A stretch of 64,000 nt of DNA from Takakia lepidozioides (taxonomy: Eukaryota; Plantae; Bryophyta), in the NCBI GenBank assembly GCA_030704615.1, contig CM060732.1, forward strand, positions 30,752,001 to 30,816,000, written 5' to 3'. The position numbers were made by a program, and so were the translations under genes. This document shows, piece after piece, positions 1 through 14,100 of the stretch. How positions within the stretch are numbered: position 1 is the first letter of the stretch; each line of letters opens with the position of its first letter. The notes under the pieces were generated by a model that was not told where the DNA came from, made no database searches, and was given only the letters and a program-made list of their open reading frames with translations.

Positions 1-361
1 TATCAAACATGCAATTAGACCCTGGCAGTCCCACGACCATCGACTGAGACTATTTGCTTTTGTGCTAGCTACATAATCTAGATGAATTCAGACCAACCGA
101 GAAGAATTAACCCAGAAAGAGGTCAGCTCTCTGCCCCTCTCTTGTACGGTGCTTAGTTGTACAATCTGGATCACAGTCAGGCTAGATTTGGATGACCAAT
201 TTGTACTTTTGCAGCACATAATGGATAGCAAGTTGGTTGGGGCGTAATGACAGTAGGTTGCTTCCTTGCCTCAGTGTCTATTGCCATGATCAATGTTGTT
301 CATCGTGCAACAGAGATTTATACAGAACCTCGGCGCCTGACTGTTTCTGTATATGTGGCAG

Positions 362-1198
362 GTGCACACATACTTTCGGGAAATGTGTTTGAACCACGGG
401 CACTCAGTGAGCTCCTTCCAGATTGGAAGGATCAAGGCGTATGTCCTCAGTCCATACTCATGAAAACTGGATGATGCAAGAGAGGTAGATGGCTTGGGGA
501 GTGACTGTCTTCCGTTCATGATGTTATTCAGCTGGAAAATGGAGTGATTGCTGATGAGTGCTAATCAATTGAGACACATCCGTTCATGATAATTTGATAA
601 TAGCAGATTATCGCTGATGAGGATTGGTTGAAGGATATCAATTGGATCTTTTGACACAGGCTCCACTGCGTGTGCCAGTTGTGGAAGACAAGTTTTGGAT
701 GTTATTTGATAAACGTGCACTGCCACTCCCATCTCCCTTCAACAACAATAGTAACTTTGTTATTAGGTCAGCTTCTACTCTCCTACTCCGGCTTGAGTGC
801 AATATTTTTGTTTTCTCCACATATTCAACTTTGTCGAAATTATGCTGCTACTTTCCTATGTAGAACAGGTATTGAAGTGTACAGAGAGACGGGGAAGAGA
901 CAGTTGCATGCAGGAAACTAGCATACTAAAGTCTTCCACCATGATTCAGTGGGCCACCAAATCCCAGGAAGCTTGGTAAATCCTAAACCCTCGATTGGAA
1001 CAAACACTTGTGCTTAACCACAGAGACAAAGGCAAGGGGTATTATTCTATGTGAGAGCCAGGTATTTGGCAATGCTTGTTGAAGCCTTCCATAACCATGT
1101 GCTATGCTTTGAATAGCTTGAGTGAGCTGGTGCGGTGGCTAGGAGGGAAAGCAGAGAAACTTGGGGTTGAAATTTACCCAGGTTTTGCATCGAGTGAG
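362..1198 (+). pseudogene. ETFQO: Electron-transfer flavoprotein:ubiquinone oxidoreductase, three internal exons (362-438, 660-766, 1117-1198); no continuation seen in window
   Basis: AG/GT-bounded exons splice in frame to GAHILSGNVFEPRALSELLPDWKDQG-APLRVPVVEDKFWML...NFVIS-LSELVRWLGGKAEKLGVEIYPGFASSE, the conserved ETF-QO N-terminal region. A next exon may start at 1358 (VLY) but diverges immediately. Confidence 0.8.
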
Positions 1199-1789
1199 GT
1201 AACCCCCTTTTCTTTTGTTCACCATTCTGTGGGTTATTGTATTGGCAGAATTGATTCGCACCAAATTAGAGGGGTCTCCGCACTGTTCATTTCCAAGAAG
1301 TTCTATTGTGGGATGGTAGGATAGCTGCAGGTGGAGCTGAATAAGGTGCTTATGCAGGTTTTGTACAAGGGTGTTCCTCTTTTCGCTGTGTGTCAGGGAA
1401 TCTTGAACAATGTTGACTGGCGAGAGGAGGTATGTGAGCAGCCATCCCCCCGTCTCTTCCATCCTCTCCTTCAGGGCTCTCTCGTTCATAGTTTCTGGCT
1501 ACTCCACATGGCACTGCATTCTGGTTGTCTTCACTTGAAAGTCAACCTGGTCTTGGTTGTCAGTGATTTAGTCATCCAGTCGTCTCCAAGTGCTGTTCAG
1601 CTACTGAAGAGGGCTTTTCAAAAGAGAATGATCTAAGCAATCGAGTGGATATCAATGTTGTAGCAAGTAGAGTTAGTGACGTTGGTAAGCATCCACCACT
1701 TTTGGTTATTTTACTGTTTTTAGCTTTAGTTCACCATGAAGCTAATTAGCTTCCTCATTTTCTGCTATGGCATGTGGTGCAAGAGGTAA

Positions 1790-2165
1790 GGAGGACGAGT
1801 AAGGAGGGCCCACCTGCAACCAGGCCCCTTGGTCCATGGTAATCATTGATCATCATTCTTTTTCTTTTTTCTTTTTTTTTTCCTGTTTTCTTTGATGATA
1901 TACCAAGGGGCTGATAGCCCTTGCTCCACTATGGTAGATTTTACATTGGAGGGAGCACAAGCAAAGAGGGGCCCGCCAACCAGCCCACATTGATCATCAC
2001 TGGTAAGTATCTTCCCTTTCTTTAAATTTTTTTAATTCTTGATACAATTGGGGGTTGATGAGATAGCCCCTTTGGCTTCTGTTATAGCAGATTCTGCATG
2101 AGAGGGAGGGAGCCCAAAGTAGGGAGGGACCTGCCAACCAGCCACCATTACCTACTTGTAACTCC
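1790..2165 (+). repeat. Three degenerate ~160-170-bp units upstream of the hAT transposase
   Basis: Related core AGGG..C(A)C(C)TGC(C)AACCAG at ~1806, ~1967 and ~2125, each followed by GTAA and a T-rich stretch. Confidence 0.5.
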
Positions 2166-2356
2166 CTTTCATTGAGCTTTATTTTTTTAGTTGTTTACAT
2201 TTTTAGTTGTAAATATATGAGTTGTGCACAATTATTAAATGCCTTTTGGATTCTTTGTTTGCATTGTTTTTACACAGGAGTTGTTCCACAAGCTTTTTAT
2301 GTCATGGAGCCCAATATTTTTGATGAACTACATCAGCTCATCAAGCCTCGGCTGCA

Positions 2357-4556
2357 ATGTCATCTTCCACAGTTTCGCCATCACACACGGTGTTGGATGT
2401 GGAGGCGCAGCTCCCAGTACTTGACAAACAACGGGATTTTTGGAAGCCCCACAATCGCACTGCTTTGACATGGGCATTCTATGCAACAAAAGACTCTGCT
2501 CCAGTAGACATAACAAATCCACAACAAATGAGGTGTGTTCTATGTCATCCTGTTGGTGTCACTCCTGCAAGCAAGAAGGGCATTGTGACCTATAATAAAA
2601 CCAATGGTATCTCTGCCCTTCGAAAGCATGTGGATCAAGAACATGACATTGTTTTGCGTAGGTGGATTGAGAGGGAAAATGAAGGACCTGAGAAGGCCCG
2701 TAGGCCAGCCAAAAAGAGGCCCAACCCCACTCCTGGAAACATAGCTTCTTTTTTTAGGAGCTCCACTCCATACAACCAAAATGATGATCAACAGAAGCAG
2801 TTCAATGAGGATTTAGTCTTATTCATTGCAAAGGAGTTGGTTCCACTGTCTTTGGTAGAATCCCCTTGGCTAAGAAGGATGGTGTTGAGGCAAAATCCTC
2901 GGATTGTTTTCCCTTCTCGACGGACATTTGTGAATGAGGCCATTCCAATCTTGGCAGAGAAGACGAAAGAGCGCTACATGTCCCCATCTCTTTAGAGTTG
3001 TGCTATTTGCTCCGTGAGTTTTGATTTGTGGATGTCAAGAGGGGGAACTGACACTTTTGTCATCATAGCGCACTTTATTAATGAACAGTGGGAGCAATGT
3101 CATGTGACTCTTGGCATGTTTGAGACACCTGACACATCTGGGGCTGCCATGGCACATCAAGTCAACAATCTTCTTGTGAAGTATGGCCTCAATACTCGCA
3201 TTATTGCTTACGTCAAAGATGAGGGAGGTAACTTGGCCACTTTGACCAATGCTTTGAATTCGGTGGTCTCATGTGCGTGTTTGGGGTTGGATTCTCCATT
3301 TGTGGGTAGTTGTTTGGGCATGCAATGTCCAAGTGTTGCCAGTATGCAACAAATGATGCAAAAGTATGCGCAGATATGAGATCGGTTTCTATAAAAAATG
3401 CCCAATCAGAGTTGCAAAAAACCATTACTTGGACCAAAAAAGGTGGCAAAGGGAGACAAGAATGGGCAAAGGCATGTGTGGACAGCGGCATTCATCCCCG
3501 CAAACTGAAGACTCCGGTGAAGACACGGTTTGCTTCCAAGGTGATCCTCTTCCAAGAGACTTTGGAGTTTAGGCAAGCCATAATCACTTGTTACTCTAGG
3601 CAAACCTCATTGGCACTGCAGTCTCGCATACCAAGTCCACAAGTGTGGGTCATTGCCCAATCAATTTCTACAGTTCTAGGGCCTGTGGTTCATGAGTGCA
3701 TTATAAATCAATCTGGGGGATTTTGGTTGTTGTCCGATGCTCTTAATGCAGCCATTGCCACAACAATTCGCATGCGAGGAAGTAGTGCTGGGGGGCTGCA
3801 ACTGTGGATCATTGCATGGGGGATTTCTCAACAGAGTTGACATTGTTGGAATGGCGGATGGCTCGAGAGGTGGTATATGTCTTGGAACCATTTCTTTCTT
3901 TTTTGGAAGGGTTTCAATCGCGCAAAGCTCACAATATGCTCGCGCTTATGCTTGACCCACGTTACAAGGGGTTGTCATTGGTATCACAATATGTGGGCAA
4001 AGAGCGTGCTTTGCATATTGTGTCCCAATATGATAGTATGGTGTTAGAGCCTCTTTTGGTAAAGTGTTTCAAGGTCTTACATCCGGATACTCCGGCCCAA
4101 TCACAGCCCACTTCCACAATGGACGAGATGTCCTTATTTGGTGTGCATGACCACAATGAAGACATGACATTGACAGTGGTGAGAGAACAACTATCACATT
4201 TCAGAAGGACGAAGATAAATGAGGGTGAGTGCGTGGCTCCTTTGAAATGGTGGAAAGAACACGAGTCTCTCTTTCCGTATGTGGGATTTTTGGCACGGCT
4301 AATTTTGGGCATAGTTGGATCTCAGATTGAAGCTGAGAGGGTTTTTAGTATTGCAGGTGTCATAACAAACTTGAGACGGTGCAGGTTAAATATTGAAAAC
4401 CTTGATATGCTTGTGAGTGTAGTCAAGAATTGGCCAAATGATGCTAGAGTTGGTTGCTTTAGTACTTCCATGAAAGAGTTTTTGGATAGGGAAGAAGTCC
4501 TCTTAGATGAGAATGAGGACTTGATTGCAGAGGCAAACCTCTTTGAGGTAGACTGA
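2357..4556 (+). pseudogene. hAT-superfamily transposase, disrupted (stop at 2993-2995, frameshifts near 3310 and 3800)
   Basis: BED finger (WAFY..RCVLCH..LRKHVDQEH), first catalytic D in SFDLWMS, YVKDEG, LMLDPRYK and hATC dimerisation motif PLKWWKEHESLFP..LARLILGIVGSQIEAERVFS. Confidence 0.9.
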
Positions 4557-5076
4557 TTTGTCTTAGAGACAAATTATTGTTCAACATATTACACTATATT
4601 CCTTTGATTGGAGTTTGTTTATTTGTCATTTTTATTGAAAATTTCAGTGACATCCCGTGTACTTAGTTTGTTGTATGCTATATTGACAAAGCATCATCCA
4701 AAAAACACAAATTTATGTAGTTTTTTTTAGTTGTGCTTTTGCTGCACCATAAAAGGTAACCATAGAATTACACATGTTTAATTTGTTTTGTATTTTGAAT
4801 TAAGATCCTTATGTAGTTAGTTTGTTTTAGTTGTTCTTTGCTACACCGTACGATTATAAAATCTCTGGTTTTCCGTTTTTAATGGAGACCATGCGTATAT
4901 AACTAGTTATATATACCATAAAAGACAATCACAAAAAACATATAAGTTTATTTACTTCTGTTTTACTAATAAATTCCCTGGTTTTAGTTGAAAATTCTCA
5001 GTATGACCAATCAGATCAGTTCATCTAATTTTCCAGAAGAATAAAAAATTAAAAGAATTTAATATATTTTTAAAAA

Positions 5077-5138
5077 AGAACCGGAACCTAACCGGGAACC
5101 GGTGTTTTTTTTTTCCAGCAACTAACCGGTAACCGGAA
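5077..5138 (+). repeat. AACCGG-rich motifs, probable hAT subterminal region running into the gap
   Basis: Five AACCGG motifs within ~60 bp, ~500 bp downstream of the transposase stop. Confidence 0.45.
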
Positions 5139-5139
5139 A

Positions 5140-5639
5140 NNNNNNNNNNNNNNNNNNNNNNNNNNNNNNNNNNNNNNNNNNNNNNNNNNNNNNNNNNNNN
5201 NNNNNNNNNNNNNNNNNNNNNNNNNNNNNNNNNNNNNNNNNNNNNNNNNNNNNNNNNNNNNNNNNNNNNNNNNNNNNNNNNNNNNNNNNNNNNNNNNNNN
5301 NNNNNNNNNNNNNNNNNNNNNNNNNNNNNNNNNNNNNNNNNNNNNNNNNNNNNNNNNNNNNNNNNNNNNNNNNNNNNNNNNNNNNNNNNNNNNNNNNNNN
5401 NNNNNNNNNNNNNNNNNNNNNNNNNNNNNNNNNNNNNNNNNNNNNNNNNNNNNNNNNNNNNNNNNNNNNNNNNNNNNNNNNNNNNNNNNNNNNNNNNNNN
5501 NNNNNNNNNNNNNNNNNNNNNNNNNNNNNNNNNNNNNNNNNNNNNNNNNNNNNNNNNNNNNNNNNNNNNNNNNNNNNNNNNNNNNNNNNNNNNNNNNNNN
5601 NNNNNNNNNNNNNNNNNNNNNNNNNNNNNNNNNNNNNNN
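5140..5639. other. Assembly gap (500 N)
   Basis: Run of n. Confidence 1.
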
Positions 5640-8600
5640 TATTCTTGGATGATTTCAGTGTGTAACAGCTCTAAGAATGAGCACTTGCAAATTGGAGTTA
5701 TTCCTGGCCAATGCAGATGATATGTCTGGGCTTGAATCCATGAAGTGTACTTTCCGTTTGAACTCAGGGGTGCTTCTGGGACACATGTGTTAAGAAGGGC
5801 TTCTTTGTGGATCCCAGGAAGACAGAGTCCATTAAAGTCCTCCACCACCAGTGAATGTTAAGAGTTAAGGAGATTCCTTGGGCAAACCAGTTTATTACAG
5901 AAGATTTGTCAAAAGGTATGCACAATAGCAGCACCATTGAGCAAGCTTCTGAATAAGATGCAGTGTTTGCATGGACAGCTGAATGTCCAACACGAGGCGT
6001 TTGAGGAACTTACACTTTCAGTACAACTACACCCTGTGCTGATTAACCCTCACTGGCATGTAGTATTTCATGTCACTGCGATGCCTCATGAGAAACGTTG
6101 GAGCGGTGTTAGCCCAGAATGTACAGGGAATATGATTCACCTGTGTACTATGCTAGCCGGTTGATGAACAGTGCTGAGAGGAACTATAGCACAACGGAAA
6201 GAGAAGCATTGCAATGATCTATGCAGTGAAGAAATCCAGGCATTACCTATTGGGAAGAAATTTTATATGTTTTATGGATCACCAGGCTCTGATATATCTG
6301 GTGAACAAACCTTTGATAAGTGGAAGGATAGCGAGGTGGTTAATAATCTTGCATGAGTTTGAGTTCGAGGTTATTTACAATCTGGCCGTTTGCATCTTGT
6401 TGGCAGATCATTTGTCACGACTAACAACAGGAGAGGCCGCCACAGGAGTTGGCCGATCAGTTACCTGATGCAGTTTATTTGTAATGGAGGTGCAAGGAGT
6501 GCAGATGAATGGTTAGATTGGCATGGCCAACAGATACTACCCTTGCTCATGGTCAGTGCCCACCTAGTTTATGGTAAGGAGCAGAGGAAGGATTGCTATA
6601 TCCAAGCTTTACCTTATACATGGTAGGAAGCATAATGTATAGTTAGACCTGGAGTACTAAAACGATGCTTGTACCACCAATAAGTAAATAAAGTCTTTGG
6701 AGGAAGTTCATAAAGGAGTGCTGGAGGTCATTTTGGAGAAGAGACTACCAGTAGAAAGATACTACTCGCAGGATACTGGTGCCTATTTGTTCAAAGATGT
6801 ACATGAGTATTGTCAGAAGTGGTGATGAATGTCAGAGGCTAGACCTTTGCAGAGATCGGGAAGAATGGCCTTGCATCCTACAATGCCTCCGGAACCATTT
6901 CAGAAATGGGTACTAACTGGTTGGACCAAGTAATCCACCATCCAAGAATACACGAAACAGGTACATAATTACAAAACCGCCCCGATTATACTACAAAGTG
7001 GGTGGAAGCTAAAGCTTTGAGGGACAACACAGCCATCCACAGCAAGGTTCCTGTACGAGAACATACTTACACGATTTGGCTGTCCCTTAGAATTTTCAGT
7101 GATCAAGGAAGTCACTTCATGAATGAGACCATTGAGTTATTGACTAAAGTTTTATGATTGTGCATAGAAAGAGTACACATATTACCCAAAGGGTATTGGG
7201 CAGCCTAGGCTACCAACAAAATACTATGTACTATCTTGGCTAAGATAGTCAATGCAAACAGAACGGATTGGGGATACAAAGCTGCTGACAGCTTTGTGGT
7301 CATACAGGACTTCATATAAAGTCACCACTAAGATACACCATTCCAATTAGTTATGGTTATGGAAGCCTTTACTTCCAGTAGAATTCCTGTTACCTAACCA
7401 TGAGAACGGAGTGGGAAAAAGAATGGAATTGCAGCCTCATCAAGGTCAGGAAACATGAATTATACCATGTGGAAGAAAGTACGTGCTGATGCAGCTGATA
7501 ATATGACCAAAATTCAGATGAAGCGAAGGAAAGACAGTTTGATGAAGGCAAATTAAGCACTTTTAAGACGGGGGATTTTGTTTTCTATGGTTGCAGAAGA
7601 AGGAAATTTCAAGCTTCTAAGCTCAAATCACCGTGGAAAGGACCTTATGTCATACAAAAGATGTATGATAACACACCCGCCATGTACCAAACCATCCAAA
7701 GAAATGCTGGGAAGAGTCAATGCAATAAGTTGAAGGGTACAGTGGTATCCATGACAAACCCCTGCAGCATGATTTGCATGTTGAACCGCAAAACAGTCAC
7801 GGGCTGCACCATTGTTTACTAACGGATTATGGAACACTTGTTGCTAGCCCCAGCATATACGACCAGGGTTGGCAAAACAAACGTGACCACAGCCTATCAC
7901 AGCACCGCCCGCCAAGGCGCAACACACCATCAAAAACAGCCTATCACCATCACCAAACTTCAAACCGACACAGACACACATCCGCTTCACGACGTACACC
8001 GCCACCACAGCCCAGCAAGTGGCAACACACCAACCACAGCCCGTCAAACGTGACACTAGCCCACCACAGCCCAGCAATGCGCAACCAGCCTATACAATCT
8101 ACCACATCGTGTCACAAGCCTATCACAGCTTACCACAGTGCAACACAGCCTATCACACACGTACACACAGTTTACACACAGCCTGTCCAGCTCACCACAG
8201 ACCAGCCTACTAAAGTTACCCATCTATAAAATCAGTGGCAAGTGGACACATAATACTTCAGGAAATGGATGACGGAAGAGGAAACGGAAATTACTTTAAA
8301 AATAGACACGTGGAGTCAGGGTGGTGCCACACAGCAGAGAGATGAAGTGTCAAGGACAGGTTGTCAAAAGAAAGAGGAAAAAGAACGGCCGTCAAATGGG
8401 ATGAAAGGCGGGCCCCTTAATGAATACGGAAAAAGGAAACAGAACGAACGGCAAGTACAAAAAACTGATTCATGTCGCATGTGTGATCCTAGTGGACTAT
8501 CCAACAGGGAAAGTCCCACTAAAGAAGATAAAAGTTAAAATCCAGTCACAGCGGATACAGCCAATAGAAACCAGAAGAAATGATCAAGAAAAATGGAGGG

Positions 8601-10328
8601 AAATTTGAGCGCATAGGCGGCGTCCTTTCTGAGTAACGGGCGTCTCGACAGGACAGGCCATAAATGCTATAACTTGAAACTATGGAGGAACTAACAGACT
8701 ATAACGCTCGCAATATTACTTACGCAATGGCAGAGACACGAAACGAAAGAGCAGAGCTTTTCTCTTGAACCAATGCTTGTCAAGCCCCTAGGCTTACAAG
8801 AGATTACCCATAGCTTTCTGCGGCAACCCCCATACATTCTGCTTTGTGCCTACAGGCATTTCCTTGCAGTTTTTACAGCCAAAGCAGTTCTGTTGAGTCT
8901 AAGATGAAGAGAGTGAGAGGCGATGAGATTCTGTACAACTGTTTCTTCACAGGAATTCTTTTGACATGGGAGAAGACTATGCAATTCAGATGGAAGAGAA
9001 GAAACAAAGGGGATCTCCTATGCCGGAAAGATTACCTCGATATCAGCCTCCAGAAGGCCTCACTTATCCAGGTAATGATCAACCACCATCTCCGTCAACC
9101 AGAGAGAGACCTCGGCTCGTACCACAGCCCGCCACGAAACTCTCAACGTCAACAGGTGCTCACTCACAAAGGTTGCTACTCAGAAACAGTAAACCGTGAG
9201 GACACGGCTTTTTGAGGAGGAAGGGTAAATGTTTAGAGGACTGTAGGGGACTTAGACACTTATACGGGATCTGTGGGTACCCTTAATTTTTGCACAGACT
9301 GAGACAAACAGGAACCTTAGGGGTGACATCAGCGCCTGTAGAGGGGGTTACATGGCCCACACAGCCCACACACACCAGGCCTTCACAGCCCACACACCAC
9401 ATCCCACAACATCCCACACAGCCCGTCACAGTCGACACAGCCCACACAGCCGCACAGCCCACACAGCCACACCAGCCCGTCACACCGTCGAGGCACGCCC
9501 GTCACCGTCCCACGCCCCCAGCAGCCCCACTCCCACAGCCCACACAGCCCCTTCACATTAGTCCGCCCACACAGACCCGTTGCCCCGCCCGTCACAGTCG
9601 TCACAGCAGACACAGCCCACACAGCCAGTCACAGCCCGGCACAGCCACACAGCCAGTCACAGCCCGACACAGCCAAACACAGCCAGTCACCGCTTGACAC
9701 AGCTGTCACGATAATAGGAACGAAGAGTAGGACAGGGAACGACTGTGGGGAACAACACCTGTGAAGGGAACATGTTAGTTCACATACGACGGTTAGAGAG
9801 GGAAACGGTTTAGAACCGCGGATAGGAGGATAAAGGGAGAAACGGGGAATGAAGAAAGGATTATGATTCGGGGGAGGAGGATTTCGGAGTGAGACGGGAG
9901 CGGAAGTCGGTGAGCACGATGAAGGAGGAAAGAGGATTAGTAGATGCTTGTTATATGCAAAGCTGTAGGGATATTGTAGAGGAGAATAGAGACACAATGG
10001 CTTCGGCCTGATACCTGATAAATCATAATCTGATACTTATACGATACAATCACACTGTGTAGAGAGATCTGAGTGAAGCTGTGGATTGAATGGAGGAGTG
10101 AAGGAAACCGATAAATTGATGAAGCAAACTGATACTTAATTATCAATGGTCAGGTAGCTAAGATGAATGCGGAAAAGGAAACAAATAGGAAACACCCCCA
10201 TGATACACTAGCTGTAGGTCATGACTGATTGTTCTGCGCGGGCTGAGTACTTAGAGATTTCCAACTCTTCTATCTTGGAGTTTCCGCCTCGGATAGCGAA
10301 GGGATGGGTGAGTAAAAGCCGCGCGACA
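5640..10328 (+). mobile_element. Ty3/Gypsy LTR retrotransposon A, 5' part lost in the gap; same family as element B
   Basis: Heavily frameshifted RT (FLDD), RNase H and integrase ([16 protein letters not shown]) over 5640-7760; PPT GAGGAGGAAGGGTAAA at ~9214-9229; LTR follows. Confidence 0.9.
9230..10328 (+). repeat. 3' LTR of element A
   Basis: TG...CA ends directly after the PPT; last ~110 bp closely match the end of the element B LTRs; contains a CACAGC-type simple repeat. Confidence 0.85.
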
Positions 10329-10524
10329 CTACTAGCCTTGGGTCTTCATATTCTATGGGCACTTCTTGGCTGACAATGGCTGTCTGCTCATCCTCCAAGC
10401 AATCAATTCAAAGTGTCAGCACCAGCTCGCCAATTTCCTCAAGTCGGGTAGAATGAAGGTGATTAAAAGTTGGAATGGGGTTAACAGCTTGCCACACACA
10501 AAGGGGGACTTCCCAAGCCAGAAG
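10329..10524 (+). pseudogene. Exon fragment of the methyltransferase-like cargo gene (copy a), cut by LTR A
   Basis: WVFIFYGHFLADNGCLLILQAIN..LANFLKS..KVIKSWNGVNSL..KGDFP aligns with the exons at 44720-44925 and 49300-49497 and ends at a GT donor in the same position. Confidence 0.75.
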
Positions 10525-10646
10525 GTAGATTCTCATTTCGTTGTTTGCTTTTAACCCTCCAGAAATTTCGCTAACGTTTTAACTTGTCTGTTTTCCGTTT
10601 TTTCCTATCCTTCTCCCGTACCATCCTTGCGCTTACGCAAACATGG

Positions 10647-10820
10647 CAACGACGCAATGGCGTGAGCGTTGCGCGTGAGCGCGCAAGCGTACGCTCACGC
10701 CAGCTGACGTGGCGTGAGCCTGAACCCACGCTGACGTGGCGTGAGTGTCATGTGAGCATGCTGATGTGGCGGCAAATGATGACATGGCACTATCCGTCAT
10801 CTGCCACGTCAGCATTAACA
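10647..10820 (+). mobile_element. Transposase-side terminus of MULE-like element M1
   Basis: CAACGACGCAATGGCGTGAGCG matches the TSD-defined termini at 29562, 54222 and 63071; followed by clustered GTGAGC/GCTCAC and TGACGTGGC motifs. Confidence 0.7.
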
Positions 10821-11182
10821 TGCGCCGCCTATAACCGAGGATGGTCCTATGATCGTGGAATTAATGCAGGGAATCTTGCCTAAATAGAATCAAGACTACC
10901 ATGAGGCCTACAATTGTAGCATCCAACATTGTGCAATTACAAATGCTTGTTTCACTTTTACAATTACGAGGACGAGAAAATATCCTCACAAAGTGTGCGC
11001 CATAGAGGCTGCCACGGGAAGACCTTCCTCCCTCCTCAAATAACAATGAGAGTTAGGATCATCTTCAAAAGATGATTGTAGTGCATAGCGACAGCAAGAC
11101 ATGTAGACTTCGAACGGTGCAATGACAAATGTGCTTTTAAAAGTTGCCACTCAGAGCTCACTCCGTATATTTGGAGGCCATG

Positions 11183-14100
11183 TCATTGCACCGCCGACGA
11201 ATTGATGTGAATTACACATTTCAAATCATGGTCATCCACATACCACATTGCATAGTTGATGCTACCCATGTGTTGTATCCCGCTGCAATAGAGTATCGAA
11301 TCGTTGAAACTCATTGTGGCCTGGTGAATGAAGTTGTCACGTTTGGGATCGCAAACCATCCTCTTAAAAAATATGAAATACAAATGTTTGCAGGGTATGA
11401 ATTTACCTCTCTTGCCCAAACTGATTGATAGCATATTCACAAAATCAGGACATGTGCAATTGGGGAAATTGGAAACCGTGATGTCGTAGGTCCTGTCATG
11501 AACAGCAGATGTGGAAGTGATGATTGTGAATACCCGACCATATCCTGGATCGGGTACTTCCTTGGTGCTTCCAACACGAGCTTGGAGCATTCTTGCGAAC
11601 TCCACTTTGCCAAAGTGTTCAGTTGTTGGAGGGAAACGCCGAACGAGCTTTCCATCTCGTTTGGTTGGCCACAAGTCAGGATTTGCCGGGGGGACCCGGG
11701 AGGACGCAGAAGTAGTAGCACATGCATGGAGTTGGGGTTGTCTCGCAAGGGAAAAGCCTGCCTCCTCTAGCATTTCAATCTCCTGAAATCTGAGATGTGT
11801 TCCCACCTTCACGGGCCAAACGGTTGGAGGAGATGGCTTCATCACTATGGAAGGACGCACAGTTCCATGCACACATCTAGCACAATCATCTGCGCAGAAC
11901 CAGAACTTGTGGTTCTTGACTTCTGGTTGACCGTATGGACGCATCAAACCCGTGAAAGTCGGAGCAGGAGTTCGAGCACCACCTCTGGATATAGATGAAG
12001 TGCACTTCTCGAAATTAGTTGCCCTGATCGCTGTACATTTCACATGAGGCCCTACACTTGTGCATTCTATGTGCCAAACATGGTCGGGGCATGCGGACTC
12101 AAGCACATCAAGGGGGTTGTTTCTCTCCTGCACCATTTCAGTGGCACTGTTTGATGCTGGAGCTTGCCGTTGTGTTGGAGGTTCCTCCACAATGGAGGTT
12201 CCGGACATGGAGCTGTCATGCAGGGGAACACGAGGCTTCGAGAAGTTATCACGGTCTGCCCTGTGCGAATCGGAATCCGAACCAGGTGGAGTGTTCAATT
12301 TCCTCTTACAGGAGCCGAATCTCTCCTCCCCTTCAAGATGTGAAACTCTAGAAACAAGTGGCGTCCCCTGGGCATACATGCTCACCGCCCGTGCTATCTT
12401 GATTGGATCCCCAGATCTGTTTGCAGCACGCAACATCAACTCCCATTTGTCCGGACCCTTGCCACCAACCCCACCTCGCAAGAAATCACGGTATCGGGTT
12501 TGTTGTTGCAAGGCACGTATCAAATCATCTGTTGATGCCACATACAAATCCCGACCTTGTTTCCCAGACTGCTGCAACCATGCGTTGTGCACAGTTTCTG
12601 CCGAATTGCAAGATGGCATGTCCGCCATTTCCTCAATGGACATGTTCTGCAAAGTGGAGAACCACACTTCAAACAGTGAACAGAAAACAACATAAAGAAG
12701 CGAGGACACAATAAAATGGAAAGTAAATGTATGAATAAAGCAAGAAATATAAGCCTCGTACCACTAGCATGGCTGCACCCCACTGTCTATACCGGAAGTG
12801 CCAAAATGCCAGCCAATCTTCCAATGCTCTCATACTCTCAAGTGATGCAGCTCCAAAAGAGAACCACCAGGCACGAATTGTCTGGAACAAAGTGTCCGCC
12901 TCCTTCATTGTTCTAGCATCTTTGTACTCTTTGCACAATTTACGGTGCTGAGTCTGCATCTCTGGTTTGATGTCCGACTTTGTATGTTTTTCCAGAGATT
13001 GTGTCCAATGGAATAGACATGTACGCTCTCTTCCTCGCATTGGCACTTTTGGGTCGCCCGATCCGAAGACAATACGAACAACATTGAAATTTGCTTGAGC
13101 ACTATCCGCCATGAAACCTGCGAAATTTGGAGATGGCAGCCCATGACACGTATCAAGGAATTCCACATGAGCTTCTGGGATTCCGTATCCTCGGATTGCA
13201 TGTCACAAACTGCAATTGTCATAACTCGTTGGTACACTGGATCGTAGACATGACAAGCCATTGTCGTCCAATCATTCACTCGTTTCACCTGATCAAACAT
13301 AAGAAAATAGTTATGCAAGTCCCCAGTCTTCTGCATCCGTTTCACGAGGCTGACCCCACTGCCCTCCCCAACAGTCGACATTTTGAAAAGAAAAACTTTG
13401 ATGGCACCTTGACCTGGGAATACATTGTCCTGGATGTAATCATACTTGCTCACTCGTTTCAACTCCAAAATGTTGTCTATGTAGCCTCTGATACCAGAGC
13501 CCATTCTTAATGCATTGATCTGATGCCGAATGTTAGGTGAACTCAAAGTGGAGAAATGATCCATGACCAGGTCCAATGCTGCACCGTCAAGTTTAGTCCC
13601 CACAGAATCCACTTCACTCAAAATATGGCTTTCCAAGAAGGACTTGCTTGCGCCAAGAGCAATTGCAGATGTTGTTGTGGATGGGTTTCTCCCGAACTCC
13701 TGTTTAATCAACCTCGATACTGTCTCTCCCTGTAATCCCCCTTCGAGACAAAATGGTTATGGAATCCGAAATGCACACAAGGTCTTGTCATTGTTTTCAA
13801 ATGGTGGACAACATAGTACATTCTTGCTTCGCAAAGCGCCAAGCAGGATGGCACAAGTTTGCAGAATTTGCAGACGAAAGTGTTTGCCGGTGGTGGGGCA
13901 GTCCCAGGCTGAAATGGATTTTCCGCCAGACCCTCCCATTCGCTTTGATTATGAACCCCAGACTGAAGAAAGTGTCTGCAATTCAAATTATCACACCTAA
14001 GGTGTCCATTGCAAACTGTTCTCCTGAAAACAAGCTTGTCATCATTCTGAATATTGGATGTTTTTGTTCTGCACCACGGGTGCCCGTCGTGTTTCTTGTC

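Noticed and set aside
5021-5848. 275-aa ORF in the track
   Set aside because: Spans the N gap; artefact.
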